Below, piece after piece: positions 21,548 to 31,642 of a stretch of 64,000 nucleotides of DNA. Under the pieces are notes generated by a model, which was not told the origin of the DNA, did not search any database, and worked only from the letters and a program-made list of their open reading frames with translations. The DNA comes from an uncultured Acidobacteriota bacterium. GTDB lineage: Bacteria > Acidobacteriota > Vicinamibacteria > Vicinamibacterales > UBA8438. The translations under genes and the position numbers were made by a program. The stretch is taken from the NCBI GenBank assembly GCA_913043225.1, contig CAJWLU010000004.1, positions 96,001 through 160,000 of the forward strand, in the 5' to 3' direction. Numbering within the stretch: position 1 is the first letter of the stretch; each line of letters begins with the position of its first letter.

Positions 21548-23253
21548 CGACCGGCCAGCCCCGCGACGATGAGCGATTCCAACCGGCGCAACCCCTGGTC
21601 CACATCCCCTGTCAGCTGAACCCTGAGTAGCCCCCGGCCCCGTGCTTCGAGCACCTGGGCATCGCCCTGAGCCTGCGCCGCTTGCACCACCCCGAATGAA
21701 TACGGATGGTCCGGAATCGGCACGTCCTCAACCTCCTCGATGGTCACCTGCAAGAACACCCCGCTGTCCGGCCCTCCCTTGAAGAGCTGTCCAATCGAAT
21801 GGAGGAACCTCGGTCCGAAGCCGACCACAGTCGCCACCTCACAGCCCTCCCGCACTGCCGCCCGAATCCGCGCAGAGGCCGCCATCGTCTCAGCGTCACG
21901 ACGCAGGTACAGGAGTAAGGCGAAGTAATCTCCGGGCCCCAGCAGCGCAAGATGGGCGGAGATCAGCGCTTCGACCGTTGTCCTCCCGGCATCAGCCTTC
22001 TCTGGCCGCTCCGCGGCCCAGATCACCGACACCGCACCATCTCGCGCCCGCTCGTAAGTAGCGGGCAGGTTCCCGTGCTCCTCGTAGCTGCGCATCAGTT
22101 TTCGGCTCTCGACCTTACTAGCCTCCACGTCCGGCTGGTCGAAAGGGTTCACGTCCAGGACCGCACCACAAACAGCGGTGGCGATCTCCCAGCGGAAGAA
22201 CTCGGCGGCCACCCCTACACGCTCAGACATCGTCCAACTTGCTACCGGATGACCAGCGGCAGCGAGCGCCGCGACTGGCTTATCGAGCGTATAGTCGGCT
22301 CCATCACGCACGTACACGAACACCCGATCCTGACCGTACACGTCGGATGTTCCGAGCGGCTCGTCCACGATCGGTATCACACCTTGCCCCGCCTTACCGG
22401 TGGACTCGGCAACCAACTGTTCGACCCACCAGCCCAGCGGCGCCAATTCGGGAGCCAGCACCAGGGTCACCTTGTCTCGCCCCATCTGCGCCGCTACGCC
22501 GAGCAACAGCCCCAGGCGCAAGCCTGGATTCTCAGTGACCGGGACCTCGGGACCACACGCGGCTGCCATCGCCTGCGCCTCGGCGACAAGTCGCCTGATA
22601 TTGAGCCCGGTCACCGCAGCCGGCACTAGACCGAAGTTCGAGAGCGCCGAAAATCTACCGCCGATGGTGGGCTCTCCATGCCAAACCTGCCTAAAGCGGT
22701 AGGCACGAGCAAGCTTCTCCAAGGCCGACCCCGGATCGGTGATCGCCAGACATCGACTGCCTACGCCGCCTTGGCCTACGGTCGTTGCCAGCCGCTCGAG
22801 TAGGTAGTCAGCCAGCCTCGACGTCTCCATCGTGGCACCTGACTTGCTCGACACGATTACCAGCCCACGTTCGAGATCTACCCGATCGACCGTCCCACGC
22901 ACTTGATCAGGGTTGGTCGAGTCCAACACGTGGAGTCGCGTCTCCGGTCGGCCGGCCAGCAGCTGCCCCAGAACCTCTGGAGCCAAACTGGACCCTCCCA
23001 TGCCCAACAAGAGCACGTCCCGGATCCCCTCAGCCGCGGTCTCTCGCCGCAAGGCCTCCAGCTCCTCCAATGGAGCCAGGGTCGGCGCCTCCAGCCACCC
23101 AAGCCACCGGTCCTCGCCACTCCCCGTCCAGAGTTCGGCATCCCGCGCCCACAGCCGCTCCACACCGCGCTGGCGCTCCCACCGCAGGGCCGCGTCGACC
23201 ATGCCGGTGTGCAGCAAGGGCGGGACCGTCAGCGACATCACGCCCTCAGACAC
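21541..23253 (-). CDS. pgi: glucose-6-phosphate isomerase (PGI half of the Tal-PGI type)
   Basis: WLGWL, GMGGSSL, SSKSG, ITDPGS, GGRFSALS, EQLVAESTGK, NPFDQPDVE, GPRFLHSIGQ; start GTG 23253 or ATG 23238. Confidence 0.85.
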   Translation of the reverse strand: MSEGVMSLTVPPLLHTGMVDAALRWERQRGVERLWARDAELWTGSGEDRWLGWLEAPTLAPLEELEALRRETAAEGIRDVLLLGMGGSSLAPEVLGQLLAGRPETRLHVLDSTNPDQVRGTVDRVDLERGLVIVSSKSGATMETSRLADYLLERLATTVGQGGVGSRCLAITDPGSALEKLARAYRFRQVWHGEPTIGGRFSALSNFGLVPAAVTGLNIRRLVAEAQAMAAACGPEVPVTENPGLRLGLLLGVAAQMGRDKVTLVLAPELAPLGWWVEQLVAESTGKAGQGVIPIVDEPLGTSDVYGQDRVFVYVRDGADYTLDKPVAALAAAGHPVASWTMSERVGVAAEFFRWEIATAVCGAVLDVNPFDQPDVEASKVESRKLMRSYEEHGNLPATYERARDGAVSVIWAAERPEKADAGRTTVEALISAHLALLGPGDYFALLLYLRRDAETMAASARIRAAVREGCEVATVVGFGPRFLHSIGQLFKGGPDSGVFLQVTIEEVEDVPIPDHPYSFGVVQAAQAQGDAQVLEARGRGLLRVQLTGDVDQGLRRLESLIVAGLAGRQ

Positions 23254-24007
23254 TCTGGTCTCCTTCTCCCGCCGCGGCCCGATCGAGCCACCAGTGCACC
23301 TCTCCTTCACACCGGCGCGCGCCGTGCAAGGGGAATCGGACTGGATCCGATGCCGCCCGCCTAGCCTCACGCACCGCCGCCGCCTTCGCTGGTCCGGTCG
23401 CCACGATATGCAGCTGTCTCGACCGCCTGAGCAACGTCCACGTCATGGTGACACGCTGAGGCGGCGGCTTAGGGCTGTCCTCCACCGCGACCACCCACGC
23501 ACCCGTGTCCACTCGCACCCCCGGGAAAAGTGACGCTGTGTGTCCGTCTTCACCGATCCCCAGCAACACCCAATCTGGCCGACCGTCGCTCATCGCCCAG
23601 ACATCCCGCAGTCGCCGTTCATACTCTGCCGCCGCGGCTCCCGGCGCCGATAGCTCCGTCGGCACGGGGCAGGCCACCTGACGTACATCCAGGCCAAGGG
23701 GATCGAATAGTCCCCGCCGAGCCTGGGCGAAGTTCGAGGCCCTGTCCGACACTGGCACCCACCGCTCGTCGGCCCAGGCGAACCGCACCTTGTCCCAAGG
23801 AAGCTCGTGCCGGTAGTCTGAAGCCAGACGACCAAAGAGCGGCATAGGCGAGTTCCCCCCTGGCAACACGACAAAGAACGGCCGCTCCATGAGGATCCGC
23901 TGAGCTGCTTCGACGAAGGCCGCTGCGAGGCCAGCTGACAGAGCGTCCGCGTCCTCCGCCACATGCACCAGCGGTCTCCGATCCTCGTCGTAGACCTCAT
24001 TCGCCAT
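23246..24007 (-). CDS. pgl: 6-phosphogluconolactonase
   Basis: GGNSP, DERWVP, SN, LLGIGEDGHTASLFP, PKPPPQRVT. Confidence 0.92.
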   Translation of the reverse strand: MANEVYDEDRRPLVHVAEDADALSAGLAAAFVEAAQRILMERPFFVVLPGGNSPMPLFGRLASDYRHELPWDKVRFAWADERWVPVSDRASNFAQARRGLFDPLGLDVRQVACPVPTELSAPGAAAAEYERRLRDVWAMSDGRPDWVLLGIGEDGHTASLFPGVRVDTGAWVVAVEDSPKPPPQRVTMTWTLLRRSRQLHIVATGPAKAAAVREARRAASDPVRFPLHGARRCEGEVHWWLDRAAAGEGDQSV

Positions 24008-25358
24008 GAGGCCCCGCTCCCGCCTGGCTAGCCAGCACGCTCTCCGCGAGCTGGTCAAGACCCGCACTCCGCGTGACCTGATACACCGCCGGGGATTCGA
24101 GTCGACGCACCGCACTCGGGAGTTCCGCCACCGCCGTCCGGCATCGACTTCGGGCCTCCAGCGTCGATACCGGAGCGACGGTCCGCTCACCTCCGCGCAT
24201 GACCTGTCTCAACAACGGTTCAAACCCCATCGGACCTGGTTCGTCACACAGTCCGACCGTGTCGCCGACCGCCCGACCGCCGTCGCGCCGGCGCCAGACC
24301 TGTTTCCTGCCAGGCGCCGTTCGCTTGCCCGTGCTCAGCTTCATCAGCGGAGTCAGCACTCCACCCTGCTCGACCTCCACGATCTTGTAGACACCACTCA
24401 AGAACGGGGCATCGGACGACGTGCTAAGCGCCGTCCCAACACCAAACCCGTCGATCGGTGCCCCCGAGGACGCCAGCGCCGCAACCCGGAACTCGTCGAG
24501 ATCCCCACTGACGATGATCCGCGTCTCGGTCAATCCTCCAGCATCCAACCGGGCACGCACCGCCCGGCTGAGCCCTTCGAGATCACCGCTATCGAGACGG
24601 ACCGCTGCCGGCGCCAGTCCCGCCTCGGTGATCGCGTTGGTCGCCACGATCGGATCGTAGGTGTCGATCAGTAGAACCGCCTGATCGCCAAAAAGTTCAA
24701 CATACCGACGGTACGCCGTGATCTCATTGTTCGACGCCATCACCCAGGAATGCGCCATCGTCCCCGCGACCGGGACCCGATAGCGGAAACCGGCCGCGGC
24801 GCTCGACGTCGCGTCACATCCCCCCAGCACCGCCGCGCGTGCCGCCGCCACGGCGGCCTCGACCCCGTGTGCTCGACGTCCTCCGAACTCGGTTACCGCA
24901 CGGCCGGCCGCGGCCTCGACCACGCGTGCTGCCCGGCTAGCCACTGACGTCTGGAACAATACCGTCGACAGCAGCGCTGTCTCGACCAGCTGGGCTTCGG
25001 CCAGCGCCCCCCTCACCAGGAGCAGCGGTTCTCCAGCGAAGACCGGCGTCCCCTCCGGCATGGCCCAGACGTCACCACTGAATCTCAGCCCTGGCAGATA
25101 CTCGTCGAAGAACGACGCTGGAGCTCCGGACAGCGCTGGCACTGACCGCAAGAACTCGATCTCTTCCGGGGCGCATTGCCACGAGGAGAGGAACTCGAGC
25201 ACTGGCTCCAAACCCGCGGCAACAAGATAGCCACGTGTCGCCGGAAGCTCCCGCACAAAGAGCTCGAACGACCCGTGGGCCTTGCCAGCACTCGCGTAGT
25301 AGCCCGCGGCCATCGCGAATTCGTAGAGGTCGGTCGAAAGCGCTCCGGCGGGGGCCAT
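23997..25358 (-). CDS. pncB: nicotinate phosphoribosyltransferase
   Basis: TDLYE, EFGGRRAH, GTMAHSWV, LIDTYD, VRLDSGDL, FGVGT, GVYK. Confidence 0.95.
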   Translation of the reverse strand: MAPAGALSTDLYEFAMAAGYYASAGKAHGSFELFVRELPATRGYLVAAGLEPVLEFLSSWQCAPEEIEFLRSVPALSGAPASFFDEYLPGLRFSGDVWAMPEGTPVFAGEPLLLVRGALAEAQLVETALLSTVLFQTSVASRAARVVEAAAGRAVTEFGGRRAHGVEAAVAAARAAVLGGCDATSSAAAGFRYRVPVAGTMAHSWVMASNNEITAYRRYVELFGDQAVLLIDTYDPIVATNAITEAGLAPAAVRLDSGDLEGLSRAVRARLDAGGLTETRIIVSGDLDEFRVAALASSGAPIDGFGVGTALSTSSDAPFLSGVYKIVEVEQGGVLTPLMKLSTGKRTAPGRKQVWRRRDGGRAVGDTVGLCDEPGPMGFEPLLRQVMRGGERTVAPVSTLEARSRCRTAVAELPSAVRRLESPAVYQVTRSAGLDQLAESVLASQAGAGPHGE

Positions 25359-25409
25359 GGACAGTCGGCTGAGGGTTAGTGTTGTTGGCGCGGTGGTAAT
25401 GTATCACCG

Positions 25410-26021
25410 ATGCCCACGACGGCCGGCCCAGGTGTCCAAGACCCAACCGCACTTCTATTAATCGACCTGCAGCGAGACTTCTGCCCTGGAGGAGCGCTCG
25501 CCGTGCGCGGCGGCGATTTCGTCATTCCCGTCGTGAACCGGCTGTTACTCACCTCCCCCGCCGACTGCCCCCTCTACGCCACGCGCGACTGGCACCCGCC
25601 CAGTTCCACCCATTTCAAGCCCCATGGCGACTGGCCCCCTCATTGCGTCGCCGAGTCCGACGGCGCCCGCTTCCACCCCAAGCTTGCCCTGCCCCCCAAT
25701 GCGCAGATCGTGAGCAAGGGAGTCGAGCCGGAAAGCGATGGATACTCGGCATTCGACGGAGCGCTCGAGAATGGCACCTCACTGGAAGAGGAACTACGTG
25801 GCAGGGGAGTGACTCACGTAGTCGTCGCTGGGCTCGCGACGGACTACTGCGTGCGCCACTCGGTGCTAGACGGGCTCGGATGCGGGTGGGCGGTGACGGT
25901 GGTCACCGACGCGATCGCGCCTGTCGACCTACGGGTTGGTGATGGAGAGCGGGCACTACAAGAAATGAAAGCGGCCGGAGCTACGCTCCGGCCGTCTCAT
26001 AACCTCTTCTCGCGGAGCTGA
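25410..26021 (+). CDS. pncA: nicotinamidase/pyrazinamidase
   Basis: IDLQRDF, DWH, WPPHC, YSAF, GLATDYCV. Confidence 0.94.
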   Translation: MPTTAGPGVQDPTALLLIDLQRDFCPGGALAVRGGDFVIPVVNRLLLTSPADCPLYATRDWHPPSSTHFKPHGDWPPHCVAESDGARFHPKLALPPNAQIVSKGVEPESDGYSAFDGALENGTSLEEELRGRGVTHVVVAGLATDYCVRHSVLDGLGCGWAVTVVTDAIAPVDLRVGDGERALQEMKAAGATLRPSHNLFSRS

Positions 26022-26043
26022 CCCGCGACGCCCCACCGAAGCC

Positions 26044-28887
26044 CTAGTTTCCGGACATCGGGCTCGGCCCGCCGCGGAACGTCAACAGGTAGTCTCGAAT
26101 CGACTCAATCTGAGCTACTCCGTCCTGCTCGAACTGCGGATAGAACGACCCGGGATACTCGGTCCAGAACGTCGGCATACGCGTGCCCGGCTGAATCCCC
26201 AGGGGGTTCACCAACCAGTCGACGATCCAGTCCGGTTGCAGGCGCTCTCGCGCCATCCGCAGGTCTGGCGCGAGATTGGACAGCTCCTGGTCTTCAGGAA
26301 TGGTGTCGAGCACGTGGCACTGCTGGCAACGCAATAGATCGAAGAGTTCCTCACCCGTCTGGATGGTCTCGTTCGAGGGCACCTCCTCGTGAGTGCGGAA
26401 CTCACCAATAGAGCCAGACACGGCAGCGAAGTAGTCGATCACCCCGTTCCAGTGCTGATCGTCGAGACCGAAGGTTGGCATCCGCACCTCCAGCCACGGG
26501 CGAATAGTGATCGGCCCTCGGAAGAATGCGTACATCCAGTCCGGCTTGACCTTCGCTCCCTGTGGGGTAAGCATCGGCGGCGCCAGCGAGGGCTCCTCAA
26601 CCAACGCGACGTAGTCACCACCGTCGGCCTCAATCTCGTGGCATGCCACACAATTTCGACGTCGGACCAGGTTGCGCCCCTCGACGAGCGCATCCTCCTG
26701 CGCACCTCGAGGTCGCTGCGCCTCCTTCGGCTGCACGTCCCGCTGGAAGCTCAGGACAGCGGTCGTCAGCAAACGCGCTTCGTCCGCCGAGAACCCGAAG
26801 TTCGGCATCCGTAACTTTTCGAGCGGCTGCAGGATCCGGTTCGTGTCATAGATCCGCGGATCGACTAGCTTCTGGTTGATCCAGTCGCGTTTGGTGTGAG
26901 GAATATCGTGCACGAACGCAAAGTCGAACTGCGGAAGCAGCTTGCTACCTTCCTCGGTCAGCTCAACGCCGATAGGCTGGACATCCTCGAAGCCAGTGAT
27001 CTGGTGGCAGCTGTAGCAGCCGTAACGCCCGATGGCCCGACGTCCGAGATCGTGCTGCTTCTCTTGAGCGCTCATCCCAGCAATAGTGCTCTGGGCCTCC
27101 TCGAACGGCACGATGGCACGCATGTAGTCAAGAAGCACCGCATCAACATCTGCCTGCTGGTACGTGGCGGTGGCCGGCGTCCCGGCCCTCCCGGTCAACC
27201 CCTCCAGGTACGTGGCCACGTCTGCCACTTCGGCATCAGTGAGCCGCATATCCGGCATGTAAGTTTCGCTGCTGTAGTGCTTCGGATCGCGGACCCAGTC
27301 GAAGATCCACTCGTACGTGGTCTTGCTTCCCAGGGCCTGGAGCGGCTGTCCGAACGTCCGTCGCGGTCCGGCGGCCTCACGGCCTTCGTCGCCCGTGATG
27401 TGACAAGCCAGGCAGCCGACCGATTCAACAATCTGCTGACCGTTCGCCGCGTCGCCACGCGGCGGCGCAGACACCGCAAAGTCGTGGTCCTCGGAGTTGG
27501 CAAACAGATACGCCACAACCGCGTCGATCTCGACTTCATTGCGCACCGGGAAACCCTCGTCCTCGGCACTGTTGTTCGAGTTGTACCAGACCTTCGGCAT
27601 CCAGGTGCTCGGCTTGACAGCACGTGGATCACGGATCCAGTTAGCCACCCAATCTTCATCGAGCTTGGACGCTACCCTCGTCAGATCCGGGCCCGGCTTC
27701 CTAAGATCGGCAAAACCAGCAGTGTTGTGGCAGGCATAGCAGCCGGCTCGCTCGTACATCCCGTAGGCCACGTTGAGCTTCTCGGCACCCGGCACAAACA
27801 CCTCGCCCTGGTGGCACTTGCGGCACGACGCCTCAGCCATACCATTGGGCAGCATCGGCAGATCCCAGTAGTGCTGCTCTTCCCAGTCGTACTTCTCTTC
27901 CCACTCGGCCATCTGCTCGTCCGATGATGGCGAGTGAGCCGCTTGGACGAAGTTAATCGTCTGCCCCATCCCCTCGTGGCACACGGTGCACCCGGTAGAC
28001 TCGAGGGAATGGGGTGACGCACTCCCGACATACAGGTCAAGGTTGGGGTGGGTACGGAACGGCTGCGGGTAGTCCTCGTAGCCTTCCCGATCGATCGCCA
28101 GATGGCAGGTCTGACACCGATCCATCTTCGCCACGCGGGTGAAGTTCACGTCGTCGACAACGTTCGGCGTGATGGTCTGTCGCACCGTCAGGGACGGGGC
28201 CATAAAGTCGAGCAACGGAGCATTCAGTAAATAGTCGTTGATCAGGCTCGGCTCGAGATCGTCGACCAGCCCCTGTAACCGTTCCGTTTCTCCGACCAGG
28301 CCGCCTAGCTCCGCGGTAAGGTTATCTACCTGCGCGGTAATCGCCCCGATCTGGTTCCGGATCTCGCCGCGTTCGGCTTCGAGACGCTCCACCTCGAGGC
28401 CTTCCGCGACCCAGCGCTCATAGAGGGCGGTGACGTCCTCCTCGCCCGCAACCTCGTGGTCCTCGCCAGCGCCATGCGCTTCTTCTCGCTCCACCTCAAA
28501 CGCGTACCGATCAACGTCGTATTCAGCCTTGGTAAAATTGAAGGCCTGGGTCGCGATAAAGAGTTGTCGCTCGACTTCCGCTAGCTGCCCCTCCAGGTCG
28601 TCGACCTGCGCCTGACTCGCACCCACCTGCTGCGCCGCCGCGTCCCGTTGGGCCGTGACCTCGGCTACCTGCGCCTGATTGACGTTGGCCTGCTCCGCCA
28701 CCAGGCTCGCGCGCGTCACCTCCATCTCAAGGGAACTGAACTGGCGCTGGTAGTTCTTCCACTCCCGGTCGTAGTCGTCCCACACCATCCAGACTGTCGA
28801 AAAGAGCACAAACAAACTGGACGCGGCGAAAACCACGTTCAGGAAATCGATGTTGTAGGCGTGTCCGACTGCCCGCTTATCTGCCAT
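26044..28887 (-). CDS. membrane-anchored octaheme cytochrome c subunit of the cytochrome bc complex
   Basis: Eight CxxCH (CQTCH, CTVCH, CRKCH, CYACH, CLACH, CYSCH, CVACH, CQQCH), N-terminal TM and long coiled coil. Confidence 0.9.
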   Translation of the reverse strand: MADKRAVGHAYNIDFLNVVFAASSLFVLFSTVWMVWDDYDREWKNYQRQFSSLEMEVTRASLVAEQANVNQAQVAEVTAQRDAAAQQVGASQAQVDDLEGQLAEVERQLFIATQAFNFTKAEYDVDRYAFEVEREEAHGAGEDHEVAGEEDVTALYERWVAEGLEVERLEAERGEIRNQIGAITAQVDNLTAELGGLVGETERLQGLVDDLEPSLINDYLLNAPLLDFMAPSLTVRQTITPNVVDDVNFTRVAKMDRCQTCHLAIDREGYEDYPQPFRTHPNLDLYVGSASPHSLESTGCTVCHEGMGQTINFVQAAHSPSSDEQMAEWEEKYDWEEQHYWDLPMLPNGMAEASCRKCHQGEVFVPGAEKLNVAYGMYERAGCYACHNTAGFADLRKPGPDLTRVASKLDEDWVANWIRDPRAVKPSTWMPKVWYNSNNSAEDEGFPVRNEVEIDAVVAYLFANSEDHDFAVSAPPRGDAANGQQIVESVGCLACHITGDEGREAAGPRRTFGQPLQALGSKTTYEWIFDWVRDPKHYSSETYMPDMRLTDAEVADVATYLEGLTGRAGTPATATYQQADVDAVLLDYMRAIVPFEEAQSTIAGMSAQEKQHDLGRRAIGRYGCYSCHQITGFEDVQPIGVELTEEGSKLLPQFDFAFVHDIPHTKRDWINQKLVDPRIYDTNRILQPLEKLRMPNFGFSADEARLLTTAVLSFQRDVQPKEAQRPRGAQEDALVEGRNLVRRRNCVACHEIEADGGDYVALVEEPSLAPPMLTPQGAKVKPDWMYAFFRGPITIRPWLEVRMPTFGLDDQHWNGVIDYFAAVSGSIGEFRTHEEVPSNETIQTGEELFDLLRCQQCHVLDTIPEDQELSNLAPDLRMARERLQPDWIVDWLVNPLGIQPGTRMPTFWTEYPGSFYPQFEQDGVAQIESIRDYLLTFRGGPSPMSGN

Positions 28888-28945
28888 GGCGCAACATCTC
28901 GCCGTCCGAAGACGGCCTCAAAAGCAACGATCGTGAACTCAGCAT

Positions 28946-30022
28946 CTAGATATTGAAGAAATACTCCGGAATCGACACGACGTACTTCAGATTAAACAGC
29001 CACCGGAGCAGCATCTTGACCGGCAACGAAAGCATCGCGAGAAACAGCGTGACAGTCACATAGAACCGCGTCGGACCCAGCTTCTCGTAGTAGCGGCTAA
29101 GGCCCTTCTTGGCCAGGGCGACGGGCAGCACAAACACGTACACGAGCGTGAGTAGGATGCCGAAACTTTCTCGAACCAAGGGATTCTCAGGTAGGGCCAT
29201 CCCAAGCCCACGTACCCAGATATAGTCCGAGAGCTGGACGCTGGTCAGCGCCTCGAGCTTGTGTACATCCCAGTATTCGAATGGGCCGAAGAAATTCCAG
29301 TTCGGCCCCCGAAGGAAGGTACCCAGCACGATCAGCGAGTTCCAGAGAATGATGAAGCCGAACAGGAAGATGACGATCTCGGCCTTCCGCTCGACGAACG
29401 TGTAGTATCCGTTTCCCTTTGGGTTCTTGTCGACGTAAGGAATCGCCATCAGGCCCACGATGATCAGTGACGGCAGGACCACCCCGGCCAGCCACGGATC
29501 GTAGTAGACCAGCATCTCCTGTAAACCGAGGAAATACCACGGTGCCTTGGAGGGGTTCGGCGTGTTGGCGTTGTTGGCCGGCTGCTCAATCGGGGCCTCG
29601 AGGCCGATCGACCACACGATCAGAATGACCATGCAGACGACCATCGCGATGAGTTCCGTATAAACCAGGTCGGGCCAGGTCCAGACGCGATCCTCTTCCT
29701 CTTTCTCGATGGGTTCCTTCCCAGCGGCGATCCGCTGGTCGTTGCGCACCCCTTCGCGTACCGAGTACCAGGTAAAGAACACCAGCAGGAAGATCAACGC
29801 CACAATAGGTACGTTGTCTGGCTTGGTGATGATTTTGTTGAAGTTCTCGTCAGTCAGCCCAAACGCGAAGAAGATGGCCAGAAAGACCATCATCCCCCAA
29901 CCCCAGCTGTTGCTAGCCCACGCCTCGCGCTTCCAGACGATCAGGACCAGTGCGACCACTGAGATCGTAAAGAACAGCCGCGGATCGGCAAAGAGGTCAA
30001 TGAAGCCTTTTATCGCGTCCAT
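28946..30022 (-). CDS. cytochrome b6 subunit IV-like protein (PetD/QcrC-type) with extra TM helices
   Basis: WPDL, PANNANTPNPSKAPWYFLG, PYVDKNP; position in Rieske-b operon. Confidence 0.85.
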   Translation of the reverse strand: MDAIKGFIDLFADPRLFFTISVVALVLIVWKREAWASNSWGWGMMVFLAIFFAFGLTDENFNKIITKPDNVPIVALIFLLVFFTWYSVREGVRNDQRIAAGKEPIEKEEEDRVWTWPDLVYTELIAMVVCMVILIVWSIGLEAPIEQPANNANTPNPSKAPWYFLGLQEMLVYYDPWLAGVVLPSLIIVGLMAIPYVDKNPKGNGYYTFVERKAEIVIFLFGFIILWNSLIVLGTFLRGPNWNFFGPFEYWDVHKLEALTSVQLSDYIWVRGLGMALPENPLVRESFGILLTLVYVFVLPVALAKKGLSRYYEKLGPTRFYVTVTLFLAMLSLPVKMLLRWLFNLKYVVSIPEYFFNI

Positions 30023-30078
30023 GTCTCGTATCCGTCAGATTCCGTCTTCGCTGTCTGACTCTCGATTCCTGCCGGTCC

Positions 30079-30894
30079 CTAGAGCGGCCCCGAGATCCCG
30101 CCGTCCTTCCGCACGCGCCAGAAGTGCACGGCCATGAGAAAACCAATGACCAGCGGCAATGCCACGCAGTGGAGCACATAAAAGCGCAGCAACGCGCCCT
30201 CGCCTACCAGCGTGCCCCCGAGCAGAGCGAACCGGGCGTCATCGGCCGCGTGCACCAGTTGGACGTCACCCAGACGCATCAGCTGAAAACCTGGGCCTTC
30301 GTGTCCGAGGAACGGTGTCGCCCGGGCCATGTTCGAACCAACGGTAATCGCCCAGATGGCCAGCTGGTCCCATGGGAGCAGATAGCCGGTAAACGACAAC
30401 AGTAACGTCAACACCAGCATGATGACGCCGACGTTCCAGTTGAACTCCCGAGGTGGCTTATAGGAGCCCGTCATGAAGACCCGGAACATGTGGAGCCACA
30501 CGGTAATGACCATGGCGTGCGCACCCCAGCGGTGCATCTCGCGCATGATGCCCAGCGGCACGTGCTCGCGCAGCCCGACGATATCGGAGTACGCGTACTC
30601 CAACGTCGGCCGGTAGTAGAACATCAACAGCAATCCGGTAAAGGTCAGCACCAGGAAGAGGAAGAAGCTGATGCCGCCCATGCACCACGTGTAGCGCAGA
30701 CGCACACCCGACTTGCGGAGACGCACCGGGTGCATGTGCAGAAAGACGTTGGACAGCATGACCAGCACGCGATTCCGATCGTTAATCGGAGCCGTGTGCC
30801 GGAAGATCGACGTCCAGATCTGGGTCTCGGTGATCCAGTCCCACGCCCGCACGAGCGCCGGAGCCTTCGGTTCGATGGTCTTGGTGTCAGCCAT
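30079..30894 (-). CDS. petB: cytochrome b6 (N-terminal cytochrome b)
   Basis: WCMGG, MHRWGAH...[18 protein letters not shown]...VHF heme ligands. Confidence 0.92.
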   Translation of the reverse strand: MADTKTIEPKAPALVRAWDWITETQIWTSIFRHTAPINDRNRVLVMLSNVFLHMHPVRLRKSGVRLRYTWCMGGISFFLFLVLTFTGLLLMFYYRPTLEYAYSDIVGLREHVPLGIMREMHRWGAHAMVITVWLHMFRVFMTGSYKPPREFNWNVGVIMLVLTLLLSFTGYLLPWDQLAIWAITVGSNMARATPFLGHEGPGFQLMRLGDVQLVHAADDARFALLGGTLVGEGALLRFYVLHCVALPLVIGFLMAVHFWRVRKDGGISGPL

Positions 30895-30908
30895 GATCGC
30901 CTAACTAA

Positions 30909-31589
30909 CTAGATCTCCAGGAAAGACTCCTGGTCGGTCCACTGACCCAGTTCTTCCTGGAACTTCCGACTCTTGTCGATGAGAATCTGGCCGTCCTCTG
31001 CCCGCACGATCCGGGTGCGCTCGAGCGGCCTTGGCGCCGGTCCCTCGAAGTGAATACCGGTCGGGCGGAACCCACTCCCGTGACACGGGCACTTGAACTT
31101 GTTCTCGGCCGACAGCCAGTTGGGCGTGCAGCCCAGGTGGGTGCAGATCGAGAAAAGCGCGTAGAACCCGGATGCTTCGTGGGTGTAGTCGTTCTCTGTC
31201 CTGACTATCCACACCCCCCTCGTGTCCTTGAACCGCTCGTCGACCCCGTTCCCGTAGTCCTCAGGGAACCCGATCGTGAACTGCTGCGGCGGTTCGTTGA
31301 GAACGTTCGGGAACATGAACCGACCGGTCGCGGCCAGGCACCCGGCGGACGCCGCGGTGAAGGCGCCCCAGGCGAGCCCCATCCAGCCACGTCGCCCCAT
31401 GAGCGGCGACATATCGGCCTCGGGCGCCTTCTTACCCGCCGAGCGCGCGGCCGGACTAGTCGTCCGCCCCTTGAGCTTGGCGTCGTTGGCGGCCGCCGCT
31501 GCCGCAGCGGCAGGTTTCGGCGCAGCCGGCTTCGCCTCGGCGGCGGGCGGGGTGTCTGCTGGCGGCGGAGTCTTAGGTTCGTCAGCCAT
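30909..31589 (-). CDS. petC: Rieske iron-sulfur subunit of the cytochrome bc complex
   Basis: RR Tat-like motif plus TM, CTHLGC and CPCHGS boxes, GPAPRPL; Ala/Pro-rich N-terminus. Confidence 0.93.
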   Translation of the reverse strand: MADEPKTPPPADTPPAAEAKPAAPKPAAAAAAAANDAKLKGRTTSPAARSAGKKAPEADMSPLMGRRGWMGLAWGAFTAASAGCLAATGRFMFPNVLNEPPQQFTIGFPEDYGNGVDERFKDTRGVWIVRTENDYTHEASGFYALFSICTHLGCTPNWLSAENKFKCPCHGSGFRPTGIHFEGPAPRPLERTRIVRAEDGQILIDKSRKFQEELGQWTDQESFLEI

Positions 31590-31642
31590 GCTCGTGTCCT
31601 ATCTCGTACCCTCGTCGCAGGTCGCTCACCTGCCTCACAACT

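Noticed and set aside
26896..27927. Long antisense or alternate-frame ORFs (also 31050..32045, 47457..48428, 53887..54840, 46218..47027 and others)
   Set aside because: They lie opposite or within well-supported genes, have no motifs, and are expected in high-GC DNA.
31430..31589. GCC/GCG-rich repeat at the Rieske 5' end
   Set aside because: It encodes an ordinary Ala/Pro/Lys low-complexity N-terminal tail, not a DNA repeat element.
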